Assembly: GCA_913043025.1 (NCBI GenBank)
Contig: CAJWLM010000007.1
Span: 65,265-129,264, forward strand
DNA: 64,000 nt
Reading direction: 5' to 3'
Origin: an uncultured Rhodospirillaceae bacterium
GTDB taxonomy: Bacteria; Pseudomonadota; Alphaproteobacteria; UBA8366
Part shown: positions 1 to 11,915 of the stretch, piece by piece
How positions within the stretch are numbered: the first letter of the stretch is position 1
How the letters are laid out: each line of letters starts with the position of its first letter
Notes under the pieces: model-generated
Database searches by the model: none
What the model was told of the DNA's origin: nothing
The model's input: only the letters and a program-made list of their open reading frames with translations
Position numbers and translations under genes: made by a program

Positions 1-363
1 CCGGTTGTATTGCCTGTTGGCAAAAAGGTTCGTTTGCTGGTTACTGCGACAGACGTGTTACACAATTGGGCCATTTCGCCACTTGCAGTTCGTATAGATA
101 CGGTGCCGGGGCGTCTTAACGAAACCTGGGTTGAAATAAAAAAACCCGGAACTTATTTCGGGTTTTGTTCTGAGTTGTGTGGATCTGGTCACGCTTTTAT
201 GCCAATTGAGGTTCATGCGGTTACTGAGGGCGAATTTAAACGGTGGGTCAAAAAAGCTCAGAAAAAGTACGCCAAAGTTGATAACATAACACTGCCCATC
301 GCCACTAAAAGCAAGAATACAAGGGATTCAATCAATTTGGCGGATGGAACTGCCCCTCAATAA
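1..363 (+). CDS. coxB: cytochrome c oxidase (aa3-type) subunit II, C-terminal cupredoxin part; 5' end outside window
   Basis: Frame 1 is open from base 1 (ORF track begins at internal TTG at 10); CuA-site motif FCSELCGSGHAFMP; directly upstream of coxA. Confidence 0.9.
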   Translation, partial: PVVLPVGKKVRLLVTATDVLHNWAISPLAVRIDTVPGRLNETWVEIKKPGTYFGFCSELCGSGHAFMPIEVHAVTEGEFKRWVKKAQKKYAKVDNITLPIATKSKNTRDSINLADGTAPQ

Positions 364-2013
<1,650 letters not shown>

Positions 2014-2034
2014 ATAGGTTTCAGGGAGAATCAC

Positions 2035-2952
2035 GTGGCGGAAACCGCCTATCACCTAGAAAGAAGTAATGGCTCGCAATTTGTTGACACAGAGCTTGCG
2101 GATTACTTAAAGCTGCTTAAGCCACGCGTGATGTCCCTGGTGGTGTTTTCTGGGTTGACCGGGCTTTTATTGGCCCCGGGAACGCTGCATCCAATTCTTG
2201 CCATCGTTGCTGTCCTTTGTATCGCGGTTGGCTCCGGGGCAGCAGGTGCGATAAACATGTGGTATGACCGGGATATAGATGCCGTGATGGAGAGGACTAA
2301 ATTACGGCCGATACCGAATGGACGCATCGCGCCCGGAGATGCTCTCGGTTTCGGCATAGTATTAGCTGTAGGATCTGTTGCAATTATGGGGCTGACTGTT
2401 AGCATCCCTGCCGCATTAATATTAACCGTAGCTATCCTCTTCTATGTCTTTGTCTACACGATATGGCTTAAGCGCCGGACACCCCAAAATATTGTTATTG
2501 GTGGTGCCGCCGGCGCCTTCCCACCGATGATTGGGTGGGCAGCGGTTACTGGCAGCATTTCCCTAGAGTCTGTAGTCCTTTTTGCGTTAATATTTTTCTG
2601 GACACCACCCCATTTTTGGTCCTTGGCTCTTTATAGAGCGAGGGATTATGAAAAAGCGGGTGTGCCGATGCTGCCGGTAGTTGCCGGTAAGCGTGAGACT
2701 AAACGTCAAATCATTATTTATACTTTGTTGCTTTTACCTTTGGCCGTCGCTCCATCACTCCTCGGTGTAACAGGCTGGCTATATGGCATTTCTTCATTAA
2801 TCCTGGGCTTACTATTTTTGGCTGCGGCTGTGTCGGTTTGGCTGGATGATACAGAGCGAGCATCAAGGCGTATGTTTACATTTTCAATAATTTACTTATT
2901 TCTTTTATTCACGTTAATGATTGTAGATGGATCAACTGTGTTTGGTGCTTGA
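2035..2952 (+). CDS. ctaB: protoheme IX farnesyltransferase (heme O synthase)
   Basis: 305 aa UbiA-type prenyltransferase, Asp-rich motif [19 protein letters not shown]; GTG start; position between coxA and ctaG. Confidence 0.93.
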   Translation: MAETAYHLERSNGSQFVDTELADYLKLLKPRVMSLVVFSGLTGLLLAPGTLHPILAIVAVLCIAVGSGAAGAINMWYDRDIDAVMERTKLRPIPNGRIAPGDALGFGIVLAVGSVAIMGLTVSIPAALILTVAILFYVFVYTIWLKRRTPQNIVIGGAAGAFPPMIGWAAVTGSISLESVVLFALIFFWTPPHFWSLALYRARDYEKAGVPMLPVVAGKRETKRQIIIYTLLLLPLAVAPSLLGVTGWLYGISSLILGLLFLAAAVSVWLDDTERASRRMFTFSIIYLFLLFTLMIVDGSTVFGA

Positions 2953-2959
2953 GGGATAA

Positions 2960-3130
2960 ATGGTGGTGGTGGCAAGAAACAACGGTAAGCAAACTCCTAA
3001 AGATATCGACCAAGATTTCATCGAGCCTAAACGTCGTTTGCGGGCGAAAAATTTAGCCGTCGCCGGTGTGCTTGCAGGGCTAGCCCTTATGTTTTACTTG
3101 GTTGCAATCGTCAAAATGAGTGGGGGTTAA
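2960..3130 (+). CDS. small single-TM membrane protein (CoxF-like position), below ORF-track length cut-off
   Basis: Hand translation ATG 2960 to TAA 3128-3130: MVVVARNNGKQTPKDIDQDFIEPKRRLRAKNLAVAGVLAGLALMFYLVAIVKMSGG (56 aa); basic N-terminus + one hydrophobic helix; fills the ctaB-ctaG gap exactly (8 nt after ctaB stop, 5 nt before ctaG start). Confidence 0.6.
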   Translation: MVVVARNNGKQTPKDIDQDFIEPKRRLRAKNLAVAGVLAGLALMFYLVAIVKMSGG

Positions 3131-3135
3131 GATAG

Positions 3136-3717
3136 TTGGCACAATCTCTGAAGTCTAAAAATCGTCGTTTATTTGGTGCGCTTATCCTTCTCGTGGTGGC
3201 TATGACTGGAATGGCCTATGCTGCGGTGCCACTCTATGATTTGTTTTGTCGCGTCACCGGGTTTGGGGGGACCACTCAAATTGCTCAGATGCCTAGTGGG
3301 AAACGCATTGATAGAGTTATTAAGGTGCGTTTTGATGCTAGCCTGAATGGATCGTTCCCCTGGGATTTTCAACCTGTGCAGCGGGAAATGTCTTTACAGG
3401 TAGGTGAGACGGGTTTGGCATTTTATCGTGCTCGAAACGACTCAAATGCTCCCCTGGTTGGCACAGCTACGTTTAATGTAACGCCGCTCAAGGCGGGGCT
3501 TTACTTTAGTAAGATTGAATGTTTTTGTTTTCAAGAGCAGAAATTAGATGCGGGAGAGCAAATGGATATGCCGGTAACTTTTTTTATTGACCCGGAAATA
3601 GTGAAAGATCGAAATTTGGACGATGTGAATACAATAACTCTGTCCTACACTTTTTTTGAGGCTGCTAAACCTTCTGCGGGCCTTGAAAAAATTACGGCGA
3701 CGGCGATTGCAAAATAG
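3136..3717 (+). CDS. ctaG: cytochrome c oxidase assembly protein CtaG/Cox11 (CuB chaperone)
   Basis: 193 aa, N-terminal TM anchor, Cox11 copper motif IECFCFQEQ; TTG start. Confidence 0.93.
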   Translation: MAQSLKSKNRRLFGALILLVVAMTGMAYAAVPLYDLFCRVTGFGGTTQIAQMPSGKRIDRVIKVRFDASLNGSFPWDFQPVQREMSLQVGETGLAFYRARNDSNAPLVGTATFNVTPLKAGLYFSKIECFCFQEQKLDAGEQMDMPVTFFIDPEIVKDRNLDDVNTITLSYTFFEAAKPSAGLEKITATAIAK

Positions 3718-3773
3718 TAGAAGAGGTCTCTCCGGGATGTCATGTCCTGGATACAACTAGGGAGGCAAAATAG

Positions 3774-4637
3774 ATGAGTTCCGAATCGCATAATCAGCAA
3801 ACTCATGATTACCATTTGGTAGATCCAAGTCCTTGGCCTGCAGTTGGTTCGGCAGCCTCATTTTTTCTTTTTTTTGGCGTGGTTGTATTCTTGCATCCGG
3901 ATATGCTGGGGGTTGATCTTGAGGGGCTTGTTACAAAACTCGGTGTTTGGGTATTCATGCCCGGACTTGCTGGTGTGCTTGCAACAATGTGGTTTTGGTG
4001 GCGCGACGTTGTGCGCGAGGCCACTCATGAAGGGCACCATAAACCGGTAGTACAGCTAGGTCTTCGTTATGGCATGATGTTGTTCATAGCGTCGGAGGTT
4101 ATGTTCTTCGCAGCTTTTTTCTGGGCCTATTTTGATGCTAGCCTGTATGCGAATGAGATGAAACAATTTAGCCGCGTTGAATCCACCGGAGGTGTTTGGC
4201 CCCCCAAGGGTATTGAGACGCTTCCGACATTCGGTGTGCCATTTATGAACACACTCGTGCTTCTTCTTTCCGGTTGTACCGTTACGTGGGCTCACCATGC
4301 TTTACGTGAAGGCAATCAGCGAGATTTGGTTACTGGCCTTGGGCTTACTATTATTCTTGGAATTATATTTACCGGGCTGCAAGTTTACGAATACGTGCAT
4401 GCTACCTTCACTATGGAGAGCGGTATATATGGGTCTACTTTCTTCTTAGCAACCGGTTTTCATGGTTTCCACGTTATCGTAGGCACTTGTTTTCTAACCG
4501 TGTGTTACTTCCGCGCTCGCAGGGGGCACTTTAAAACTGATCAGCATTTTGGCTTGGAAGCTGCCGCGTGGTATTGGCATTTTGTTGATGTGGTTTGGTT
4601 GTTCCTGTTCTGCGCGATATACTGGTGGGGGGCTTGA
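3774..4637 (+). CDS. coxC: cytochrome c oxidase subunit III
   Basis: 287 aa, 7-TM; motifs TGFHGFHVIVGT and WYWHFVDVVWLFLF. Confidence 0.96.
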   Translation: MSSESHNQQTHDYHLVDPSPWPAVGSAASFFLFFGVVVFLHPDMLGVDLEGLVTKLGVWVFMPGLAGVLATMWFWWRDVVREATHEGHHKPVVQLGLRYGMMLFIASEVMFFAAFFWAYFDASLYANEMKQFSRVESTGGVWPPKGIETLPTFGVPFMNTLVLLLSGCTVTWAHHALREGNQRDLVTGLGLTIILGIIFTGLQVYEYVHATFTMESGIYGSTFFLATGFHGFHVIVGTCFLTVCYFRARRGHFKTDQHFGLEAAAWYWHFVDVVWLFLFCAIYWWGA

Positions 4638-4945
4638 CCAGCGCCGCTCGCTGCGGATTCGGTTTCCATGTCGTCGTGATTCGTCGGTGGTAATTCGTTT
4701 CGGGTTAAACTGTCACCCACAGGCTTTTCACAACATTGGGCTGATCACCAAACTTTTTATGTCTTTTTTGACAGAAATATAGTTTGGCGAATGTTCGTTA
4801 AATAGTTTTGAGTTGACTGGTCTTTCGCACTTATCTATGTGGCATGCGAAAATATGACCGATAACATATTAAATTCAAATTGAGCTTTTGTAACGTCACT
4901 TATTAAAATGCTCTACTTTTTAGCAAATCATTTTGAGAATAAAAT

Positions 4946-5644
4946 ATGTCTTTTCATTTCAAGCTTTGGCCAACAATCCTTACAGGTATAATGCTATTCA
5001 TTCTTGTGGCTTTGGGCTCGTGGCAAGTTCAACGTTTAAATTGGAAGAATGAGTTAATAACAAAAATACAGACACGCGCTACAGAAGAGCCAGTGTTATT
5101 GGCAAAGCATCCAGTTGACATGGAAAAACTTGAATTCCAAAGGGTAAATGTCCGTGGGCGATTCGATCACAGCACGGAATTTCATCTTGTAAATCGATCG
5201 CTTAATGGAAATCCAGGTTTGCATATAATCACGCCCTTTTTAAGAAATGACAAAGGTGGGGTCTTACTTGTCAATCGCGGTTGGGTTCCATTTGAGAAGA
5301 AAAATTCAAAATCGCGGCGTGAGAGCTTAGTTTCAGGTGAATTAGAGCTGAACGGTATAATACGACTTATAAAAGGTCCTGGAGTATTTACGCCTTTGAA
5401 TGATCCAGAGACAAACCACTGGTTTTTTATAGATCCTGTGGCAAAGTCCAAGATAAGCGGTCACTCATTTCCATCTGGGTTTTATTTGCTCGATGGTAAT
5501 GTGGAGGTGCCGGGTGGTTTCCCTGTTGGCCATCAGTGGACTCTCGATATTCGAAATGATCATCTTCAATACGCAATTACATGGTATTCACTAGCATTGG
5601 CCTTGTTAGTAATATTTTTCGTGTATCACCGTCAAAAAGACTAG
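4946..5644 (+). CDS. SURF1 family cytochrome oxidase biogenesis protein
   Basis: 232 aa, TM helix at each end, GSWQVQRLNWK motif and C-terminal HLQYAITWYSLA typical of SURF1/Shy1; cox-cluster context. Confidence 0.88.
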   Translation: MSFHFKLWPTILTGIMLFILVALGSWQVQRLNWKNELITKIQTRATEEPVLLAKHPVDMEKLEFQRVNVRGRFDHSTEFHLVNRSLNGNPGLHIITPFLRNDKGGVLLVNRGWVPFEKKNSKSRRESLVSGELELNGIIRLIKGPGVFTPLNDPETNHWFFIDPVAKSKISGHSFPSGFYLLDGNVEVPGGFPVGHQWTLDIRNDHLQYAITWYSLALALLVIFFVYHRQKD

Positions 5645-5649
5645 TTCTC

Positions 5650-7137
5650 ATGAAGAACGCCTACCAAGAGTTAGAGCAGCGGTTCCGTCGGGTTAACCTG
5701 CTACGTCAGGCTGTTGGAATGCTGCAATGGGATCAGTCTGTCACGATGCCGCCAGGCGGAGCAAACGCACGCGGCGCACAACTTGCAGAATTAAAAGTTA
5801 TTATTCATGAGATAGTTACAGACAGACGCACAGAACAGTTATTGTTGGATGTGGATATCAGTCGTCTTGGGAGTTGGCAAGCGGCTAATGTCAGAGAAAT
5901 GCAGCATATATGGTCTCACGCAAATGCGGTGCCTAGGGACCTTATTGCTGCACGCAGTAAAGCTTGTACGGCCTGTGAAATGAAGTGGCGCACAGCGCGC
6001 GCTAGTGCTCAGTATAAACAAGTTTTGCCGGATTTCAAAAATGTAGTAGACCTCACTAGGGAGGTCGCTGAAGCAAAGGCATCAGCTTTAAATGTTTCCG
6101 CTTATGATACGTTATTCGGTCAGTATGCGCCGGGAATGACAATTGATGAAATTGATCCAATCTTCGATGATTACCTTTCCTTCTTGCCTAATTTTTTAGG
6201 GCGAGTGGTAGCACGCCAGGCTGCTGGTCCACCGCCGCCTGAATTAAAAGGGCCATTTGAGCTGGAGGCACAGCGCCAAGTTGCAAGGCATCTTGCCGAG
6301 ATCGTGGGGCTCGATTTTGCTTCGGCTCGTCTCGACGAGAGTGAACATCCTTTTTCAGGTGGAGTGCCGGATGATAGTCGTATCACTACTCGCTATTCAA
6401 AGGATGATTTCTCCGAGGCAATGATGGCAGTACTGCATGAAACCGGACACGCCATGTATGAACGCGGTCGCCCATCGGAATGGTATGAGCAACCAGTCGG
6501 CTGCTCACGTGGCATGGTCATTCACGAAAGCCAATCTCTGATAGTCGAAATGCAAGCTTGTAGATCAAGGGAATTTTTTCAATGGGCTGCGCCCATGTTT
6601 GCGCATGCATTTGGCGGTAGCGGGGCTGCTTGGGGTGCTGACGAATTTTACAAAAGGGCTACTGCAGTGCGGCCAAGCCTAATTCGTATTGATGCCGATG
6701 AGGTTACTTACCCTGCGCATATAATATTGCGGACGCAGCTTGAACGCGCTTTATTAGCCGGGGACCTTTTGCCCGTTGACTTACCAGGAGCTTGGAATGA
6801 AAAAATCCTGCAACTCCTTGATATTTCTCCATCTAACGATGCTGAGGGTTGTTTGCAGGATATTCACTGGTATGACGGAGCGTGGGGGTATTTCCCAACT
6901 TATACACTTGGCGCAATGGCGGCGGCTCAGATTTTCAAGGCTGCTGTCGGTGAGAACCCTATGATACTTGACTCCATCACTGATGGTCAGTTCAGACCGC
7001 TTATGAGGTGGCTGTTAAGCAATATCCATGAGCATGGTTGTTTGTTTTCCACCCAAGATTTGCTTATCAGAGCTACCGGCCGGAAACTTGATCCAGAGGC
7101 ATTTAAATCACACCTCCATGAAAGGTATTTATCTTAA
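5650..7137 (+). CDS. carboxypeptidase M32 (Taq-type metallocarboxypeptidase)
   Basis: HETGHAMYE zinc motif (HExxH), HESQS and DIHWYDGAWGYFPTYTLG motifs; start moved to ATG 5650 just after SURF1 stop (track ORF starts 5581 inside SURF1). Confidence 0.9.
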   Translation: MKNAYQELEQRFRRVNLLRQAVGMLQWDQSVTMPPGGANARGAQLAELKVIIHEIVTDRRTEQLLLDVDISRLGSWQAANVREMQHIWSHANAVPRDLIAARSKACTACEMKWRTARASAQYKQVLPDFKNVVDLTREVAEAKASALNVSAYDTLFGQYAPGMTIDEIDPIFDDYLSFLPNFLGRVVARQAAGPPPPELKGPFELEAQRQVARHLAEIVGLDFASARLDESEHPFSGGVPDDSRITTRYSKDDFSEAMMAVLHETGHAMYERGRPSEWYEQPVGCSRGMVIHESQSLIVEMQACRSREFFQWAAPMFAHAFGGSGAAWGADEFYKRATAVRPSLIRIDADEVTYPAHIILRTQLERALLAGDLLPVDLPGAWNEKILQLLDISPSNDAEGCLQDIHWYDGAWGYFPTYTLGAMAAAQIFKAAVGENPMILDSITDGQFRPLMRWLLSNIHEHGCLFSTQDLLIRATGRKLDPEAFKSHLHERYLS

Positions 7138-7880
7138 TGGCGGAGCCGAATTTTTTTTTTATTGTGGGGGTCACATTTTTTCTCGCGGGGCTCACGAAGG
7201 GTGTTATCGGGCTCGGGCTGCCGACAGTTTCGCTGGCCGTTTTGACAGCTTTCTTTGGGTTAAAGGATGCAATTCCATTGATACTTATACCCTCTTTAGT
7301 AACCAATCTTTTGCAAGCATTCTCTGGGCCACACCTTAAGGAATTGATAAAGCGCTTTTGGTCGTTGTTATTAGCTGGTGTCACCGGAATCTTCGCAGTG
7401 TCGGAAGCTTTTGTGAATTCAAGTAGCGAGCTATTATCGCTTATACTCGGAGTCTCCATAATCATTTATTCAGGGTTTGGGTTGTCATCAACTAATTCCC
7501 TGAATCTAACCGACCGAGAGAAATGGTATTCACCGATTATTGGAACCTTTACTGGAGCCTTGACCGGATTGACGGGTTCTTTTGTAGTACCGGCGGTGCC
7601 TTACCTTCAATCTCTTGGATTGCAGAGGGATCAATTCATTCAGGCTATGGGTATTTGGTTTTCAATTGCTACCGGAGCGCTTGCGGTAATGTTAGGAATA
7701 AGAGGCTTATTGCCGATGGAGCAAAACATCATATCAACAGCGGCACTGCTTCCGGCAGTGATCGGTATGTCGGTTGGGCAAATTATCCGTCGTAAGCTTT
7801 CAGAAATACGGTTTCGTAGAATCTTCTTTCTCTCATTGCTGTTCATGGGCATATATATCATCGTGGGCTCAGCACAATGA
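7137..7880 (+). CDS. TauE/SafE (TSUP, DUF81) family anion exporter/permease
   Basis: 247 aa, about 8 TM, Gly-rich repeats LTKGVIGLGLP and TGALTGLTGSFVVP; ATG overlaps preceding TAA (TAATG). Confidence 0.8.
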   Translation: MAEPNFFFIVGVTFFLAGLTKGVIGLGLPTVSLAVLTAFFGLKDAIPLILIPSLVTNLLQAFSGPHLKELIKRFWSLLLAGVTGIFAVSEAFVNSSSELLSLILGVSIIIYSGFGLSSTNSLNLTDREKWYSPIIGTFTGALTGLTGSFVVPAVPYLQSLGLQRDQFIQAMGIWFSIATGALAVMLGIRGLLPMEQNIISTAALLPAVIGMSVGQIIRRKLSEIRFRRIFFLSLLFMGIYIIVGSAQ

Positions 7881-7946
7881 GAATTACATTTTATCAACCG
7901 GTGCCATCACCATGGTGCTGGTCTTATTTCTTAAGAGGGTAAATTT

Positions 7947-9338
7947 TTGTTTTACATTAGCACTCGCGGTTCCGCTCCCGCCTTAGCATTTGATGAGGTC
8001 CTTCTTGCGGGCCTTGCTTGCGATGGCGGGCTGTATGTGCCCAGTGTTTGGCCGCAGGTTTCCTCGGTAGAACAAGTTGAATTAAATAATCTCAATTATT
8101 CCGATCTTGCTTTTCGGCTGATGCTCCCTTTTGTAGGGGACACCATAGCCGAAGACGATTTTGCTGAGATAGTGGGCGCGTCATATTCAGAATTTTCAAA
8201 TGATCAGGTGGTTCCGTTAACGAAACTTGATGATGGGGTTTGGTTGCTTGAACTTTTTCACGGACCAACGTTAGCATTCAAGGATATAGCTCTACAATTA
8301 CTAGGGCGCCTCTTCGATTATATACTCACTCGTCGTGGCGAACGCATCACGATTGTCGGTGCTACCTCTGGTGATACTGGTTCTGCAGCTATTGAAGCTT
8401 GTAAGGGGCGCGAGTCGGTTGATATCTTTATTTTGCACCCGGCAGGTCGTGTGTCCGATGTCCAGCGTCGTCAAATGACGACTGTATCATCAGAAAACGT
8501 CTATAATATTGCAATAAATGGAACATTCGATGATTGTCAGGACTTAGTAAAGGCTTGTTTTAACGACGTTCATTTTAGAGAACAAGTGAGCTTATCGGCA
8601 GTAAATTCCATAAATTGGGCGCGTATTATGGCGCAAATTGTATATTACTTTTGGGCCGGCCTCAAACTTGGAGCTCCGGTTCAGGGCACAACTTTTGTTG
8701 TTCCAACAGGTAATTTTGGTAATATTTTTGCTGGATACGGAGCCCACTTAATGGGGCTTCCAGTAAACAAATTAGTTGTGGCATCAAATCAAAACGATAT
8801 TCTTTTCCGCTTTTTTGAGAAAAACGAAATGGCGATGGAGCCAGTTGTGCCGACAGTTTCTCCCAGTATGGATATACAAGTTTCAAGCAATTTTGAGCGT
8901 TTGCTGTTTGACTTGTTGGACCGTCAACCTGACGATGTGTCTGAGGCAATGCACAATTTCCGCAAAACGGGTAAATTAGTTGTTCCAAATTTTGCGTGGA
9001 AGGGGGCAAGAAAATTATTCGATGCCAGTAAGGTAGACGACGATACTACCCTTGGGATAATTGCGAAGATTTATTCTGAAAAAAACATGTTGATTGATCC
9101 ACACACTGCTATTGGTGTCGAGACCGCGCTTCAAATGAGCGCAAAGCTCTCTCGTCCCATTGTTTCTCTAGCAACCGCGCACCCAGCAAAATTCCCTGAT
9201 GCTGCAAAAAAAGCTGTTGGTCAGGTCCCTACGCTTCCACCATCATTAATTGACTTATATAAGCGTAAAGAAAATTTCACCGTGTTACCGAATGAATTGG
9301 ATATACTCCAAGAATTTATTCGCGCAAAAACATACTGA
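7947..9338 (+). CDS. thrC: threonine synthase
   Basis: 463 aa; N-terminus YISTRG, PLP-lysine motif HGPTLAFKDIA; TTG start. Confidence 0.95.
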   Translation: MFYISTRGSAPALAFDEVLLAGLACDGGLYVPSVWPQVSSVEQVELNNLNYSDLAFRLMLPFVGDTIAEDDFAEIVGASYSEFSNDQVVPLTKLDDGVWLLELFHGPTLAFKDIALQLLGRLFDYILTRRGERITIVGATSGDTGSAAIEACKGRESVDIFILHPAGRVSDVQRRQMTTVSSENVYNIAINGTFDDCQDLVKACFNDVHFREQVSLSAVNSINWARIMAQIVYYFWAGLKLGAPVQGTTFVVPTGNFGNIFAGYGAHLMGLPVNKLVVASNQNDILFRFFEKNEMAMEPVVPTVSPSMDIQVSSNFERLLFDLLDRQPDDVSEAMHNFRKTGKLVVPNFAWKGARKLFDASKVDDDTTLGIIAKIYSEKNMLIDPHTAIGVETALQMSAKLSRPIVSLATAHPAKFPDAAKKAVGQVPTLPPSLIDLYKRKENFTVLPNELDILQEFIRAKTY

Positions 9339-9345
9339 GGTGCCA

Positions 9346-10608
9346 ATGAGTGTAGAATTTACAGCGCTGGAAAATGGACTCCGAGTTGTAACGCATGAAA
9401 TGCCAGGAGTAGAGAGTGCTTCAATTGGCGTGTGGGTTGGATCTGGTACGCGCCATGAGTCAGATGAGAATAACGGAGTGGCGCACCTCCTAGAGCATAT
9501 GGCTTTCAAGGGTACTCGGCGGCGCAATGCTAAGGATATTGCTGCTGAAATAGAGGCTGTGGGAGGCCATTTAAATGCTTATACGGGCAGGGAAAGCACT
9601 GCTTATTTTGCTAAGATGCTGGCGCCGGATATAGCACTTGCTGCGGATATACTAGCAGACATTCTTCAGAATGCTGCCTTTGACCAAGTTGAGCTGGATC
9701 GTGAGAGGCAGGTCGTGTTGCAAGAGATTGGCCAGGCTGCAGATACGCCGGACGACATTATTTTTGATTACTATCAGGCTGCTGCTTTCCCAGATCAATC
9801 CATGGGTCTTCCGGTTCTGGGTCGGCGTGAAACCGTACAGACAATGAGTCGCGAAACTATTAAAAGCTACCTTCAAAGTAATTATGGATCCGAACGTGCA
9901 GTGCTTTCAGCCGCTGGTAAAGTGCAGCATGAAGACATTGTGGGCATGGCGGAGGAATTATTTGGTTCTTTGCCGACTTCCAAGATTGTTACTAAGCATG
10001 AGCCAGCACATTATTGTGGGGGTGAGAAGCGTGTTCAATCAGACCTCGAACAGGTACATTTCCTTATTGGATTTAAAGGTTTTTCTTTTGGTGATCCAGA
10101 TTTCTATGCTTTGAGCGTGCTGTCAACAATCTTAGGGGCTGGCATGTCCTCACGCTTATTTCAGGAAATAAGGGAAAAACGCGGGCTTGCATATTCAGTT
10201 TATTCGTTTTCTGCTGCTTACAGTGATGCCGGTACTTTTGGGATATATGCTGGTACTGGCCCTGATAAAGTCGACGATCTAGTGCCCGCTCTGTGTGATG
10301 AAATTGTCGAATTTGCATCCAGTGTTCAACATGAAGAAGTGATGCGTGCTTGCGTACAATTGAAGGCCGGCACATTAATGTCGTTGGAGTCAACTGGTGG
10401 CCGTGCCGAACAACTGGGTCAACAAACACTTGTCTATGGAGCTCCTCTTTCGTTGCATGACCTGATACAGCGTATTGAGGCCGTTGACTTGAACCAGGTT
10501 CAGCGGACAGCTACACGCTTGTTCACTAGCAGACCAACATTGACCGCTACGGGCGTTTTACAGAAACTCGAGAGTTACGACAAGATTTGCGATAGGCTTC
10601 AATTCTGA
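9346..10608 (+). CDS. M16 family zinc peptidase (mitochondrial-processing-peptidase-like)
   Basis: Inverted zinc motif HLLEHMAFKGT (HxxEH); start set to ATG 9346 after thrC stop (track ORF 9250 overlaps thrC). Confidence 0.9.
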   Translation: MSVEFTALENGLRVVTHEMPGVESASIGVWVGSGTRHESDENNGVAHLLEHMAFKGTRRRNAKDIAAEIEAVGGHLNAYTGRESTAYFAKMLAPDIALAADILADILQNAAFDQVELDRERQVVLQEIGQAADTPDDIIFDYYQAAAFPDQSMGLPVLGRRETVQTMSRETIKSYLQSNYGSERAVLSAAGKVQHEDIVGMAEELFGSLPTSKIVTKHEPAHYCGGEKRVQSDLEQVHFLIGFKGFSFGDPDFYALSVLSTILGAGMSSRLFQEIREKRGLAYSVYSFSAAYSDAGTFGIYAGTGPDKVDDLVPALCDEIVEFASSVQHEEVMRACVQLKAGTLMSLESTGGRAEQLGQQTLVYGAPLSLHDLIQRIEAVDLNQVQRTATRLFTSRPTLTATGVLQKLESYDKICDRLQF

Positions 10609-10616
10609 GGGGGAGA

Positions 10617-11201
10617 ATGGTGCTATTGAAATCTCTGTTTGAGCGCCATACGCCCCGCATTACTGGTGTAAGGGTCTTCATTCGTCCGCCGAGTAGGTGG
10701 GACCGTAAGCAATGGGTTGCTCTTCGGCGCGAAAGTCGAGAGTTTTTAGTTCCTTGGGAACCAAGTTGGCCTGCGGATGGTGCGACAGCGCTAGCGTATA
10801 GACGACGGCTTCAGCGATTTAAGGCTGAGTGGCGATATGCTACGGGGTATCCTTTTTTTATTTTTGAACATGAACGTCAACGATTGGTGGGAGGTATAAC
10901 TTTATCTAACCTGCGCCGCGGAGTGGCTCAGAGCGCTAGTATTGGATATTGGATTGGCGCACCATTCGCCCGAAAGGGATATATGTTCGATGCGCTGCGC
11001 CTCACCATCTCTTATGCCTTCGATAACTTGGCGTTAAACCGTGTCGAGGCAGCTTGTCTCGTGCACAACGAACCAAGTCGAAATCTTCTCAAGAAAGCGG
11101 GTTTTTTTGAAGAAGGACTGCTTCGACAATATCTTTGTATTAACGGTCGGTGGCAGGATCACATTTGTTATTCTCTAGTAAGGACCGATCCGAGACCGTG
11201 A
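10617..11201 (+). CDS. GNAT family N-acetyltransferase (RimJ/RimL-like)
   Basis: 194 aa; GNAT core IGYWIGAPFARKGYMFDAL...NEPSRNLLKKAGF; GGGGAGA SD before ATG. Confidence 0.8.
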   Translation: MVLLKSLFERHTPRITGVRVFIRPPSRWDRKQWVALRRESREFLVPWEPSWPADGATALAYRRRLQRFKAEWRYATGYPFFIFEHERQRLVGGITLSNLRRGVAQSASIGYWIGAPFARKGYMFDALRLTISYAFDNLALNRVEAACLVHNEPSRNLLKKAGFFEEGLLRQYLCINGRWQDHICYSLVRTDPRP

Positions 11202-11289
11202 TTTTTTCATCTTATGGATGAGGAAATCAATTATTTGATGCTTGGATAGAGGTGCATCTTTTGATCTATATTTTCGGGTTTTGTAACTA

Positions 11290-11895
11290 CTAAGCGTGTC
11301 CCGTTTCACCTGAAAGCAAGCTCAAATCTATGCCGATAGAGGAGATAGCACATTCCCATTTTTTGTCATCTTGTAAATTAAATATTAACTCTCGGTCTGC
11401 TGAAGATTGAAGCCATGCGTTCTGTTGTATTTCATCATCTAGCTGGTTTGGCCCCCATCCAGCATAACCGAGTGCGAGCAGAGATTGTGCCGGGCCACGG
11501 TCCTCAGCGATATCACTCAGCACATCTATGGTTGAGGTTAAACCCAAACCATCAGTTATGCTGATCGTGCTACTCTGGTGATAATCGAGTGAATGCAAAA
11601 TAAATCCGCGTCCTGTGTCGAGAGGGCCGCCGTGATAAATTGGTCGATCATCAATTATTCCATTGTTGCCTATGTCCAGTTGTTTGAGCAATTCGGAAAA
11701 AGCTAGTGATTCTATCGTTTTATTCACAACCAGTCCCATGGCGCCCTCCTCGTTGTGGACACAGATATATATCACGCTTTTGGTAAAACGAGGATCAGTC
11801 ATTGCAGGCATTGCGATTAAAAACTGCCCCGTCAGATAACTTGGATGTGTACCGGTGGCGGCTTTGCTTGCCTTATTCATGAGAATATTTTCCAA
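11290..11895 (-). CDS. YqgE/AlgH family protein (UPF0301)
   Basis: GQFLIAMPAMTDPRFTKSVIYICVHNEEGAMGLVVNK is the family signature; likely true start ATG at 11880. Confidence 0.88.
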   Translation of the reverse strand: MENILMNKASKAATGTHPSYLTGQFLIAMPAMTDPRFTKSVIYICVHNEEGAMGLVVNKTIESLAFSELLKQLDIGNNGIIDDRPIYHGGPLDTGRGFILHSLDYHQSSTISITDGLGLTSTIDVLSDIAEDRGPAQSLLALGYAGWGPNQLDDEIQQNAWLQSSADRELIFNLQDDKKWECAISSIGIDLSLLSGETGHA

Positions 11896-11898
11896 ATT

Positions 11899-11915
11899 TC
11901 ATATGGTACATATGA
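11899..11915. repeat. 17-bp palindrome TCATATG-GTA-CATATGA just upstream of yqgE
   Basis: Read directly: reverse complement of TCATATG (11899-11905) equals CATATGA (11909-11915). Confidence 0.8.

Noticed and set aside
4638-4945. Possible remnant of the DUF983 gene that often sits between coxC and SURF1 (ORF 4549-4782, ...RFPCRRDSSVVIRFGLNCHPQAF...)
   Set aside because: The resemblance to the CxxC...CxxC zinc-ribbon of DUF983 is too faint to defend, with no intact Cys pairs. The ORF starts inside coxC. I treat the 308-bp gap as non-coding, promoter-like AT-rich sequence. A pseudogene cannot be excluded without alignment.
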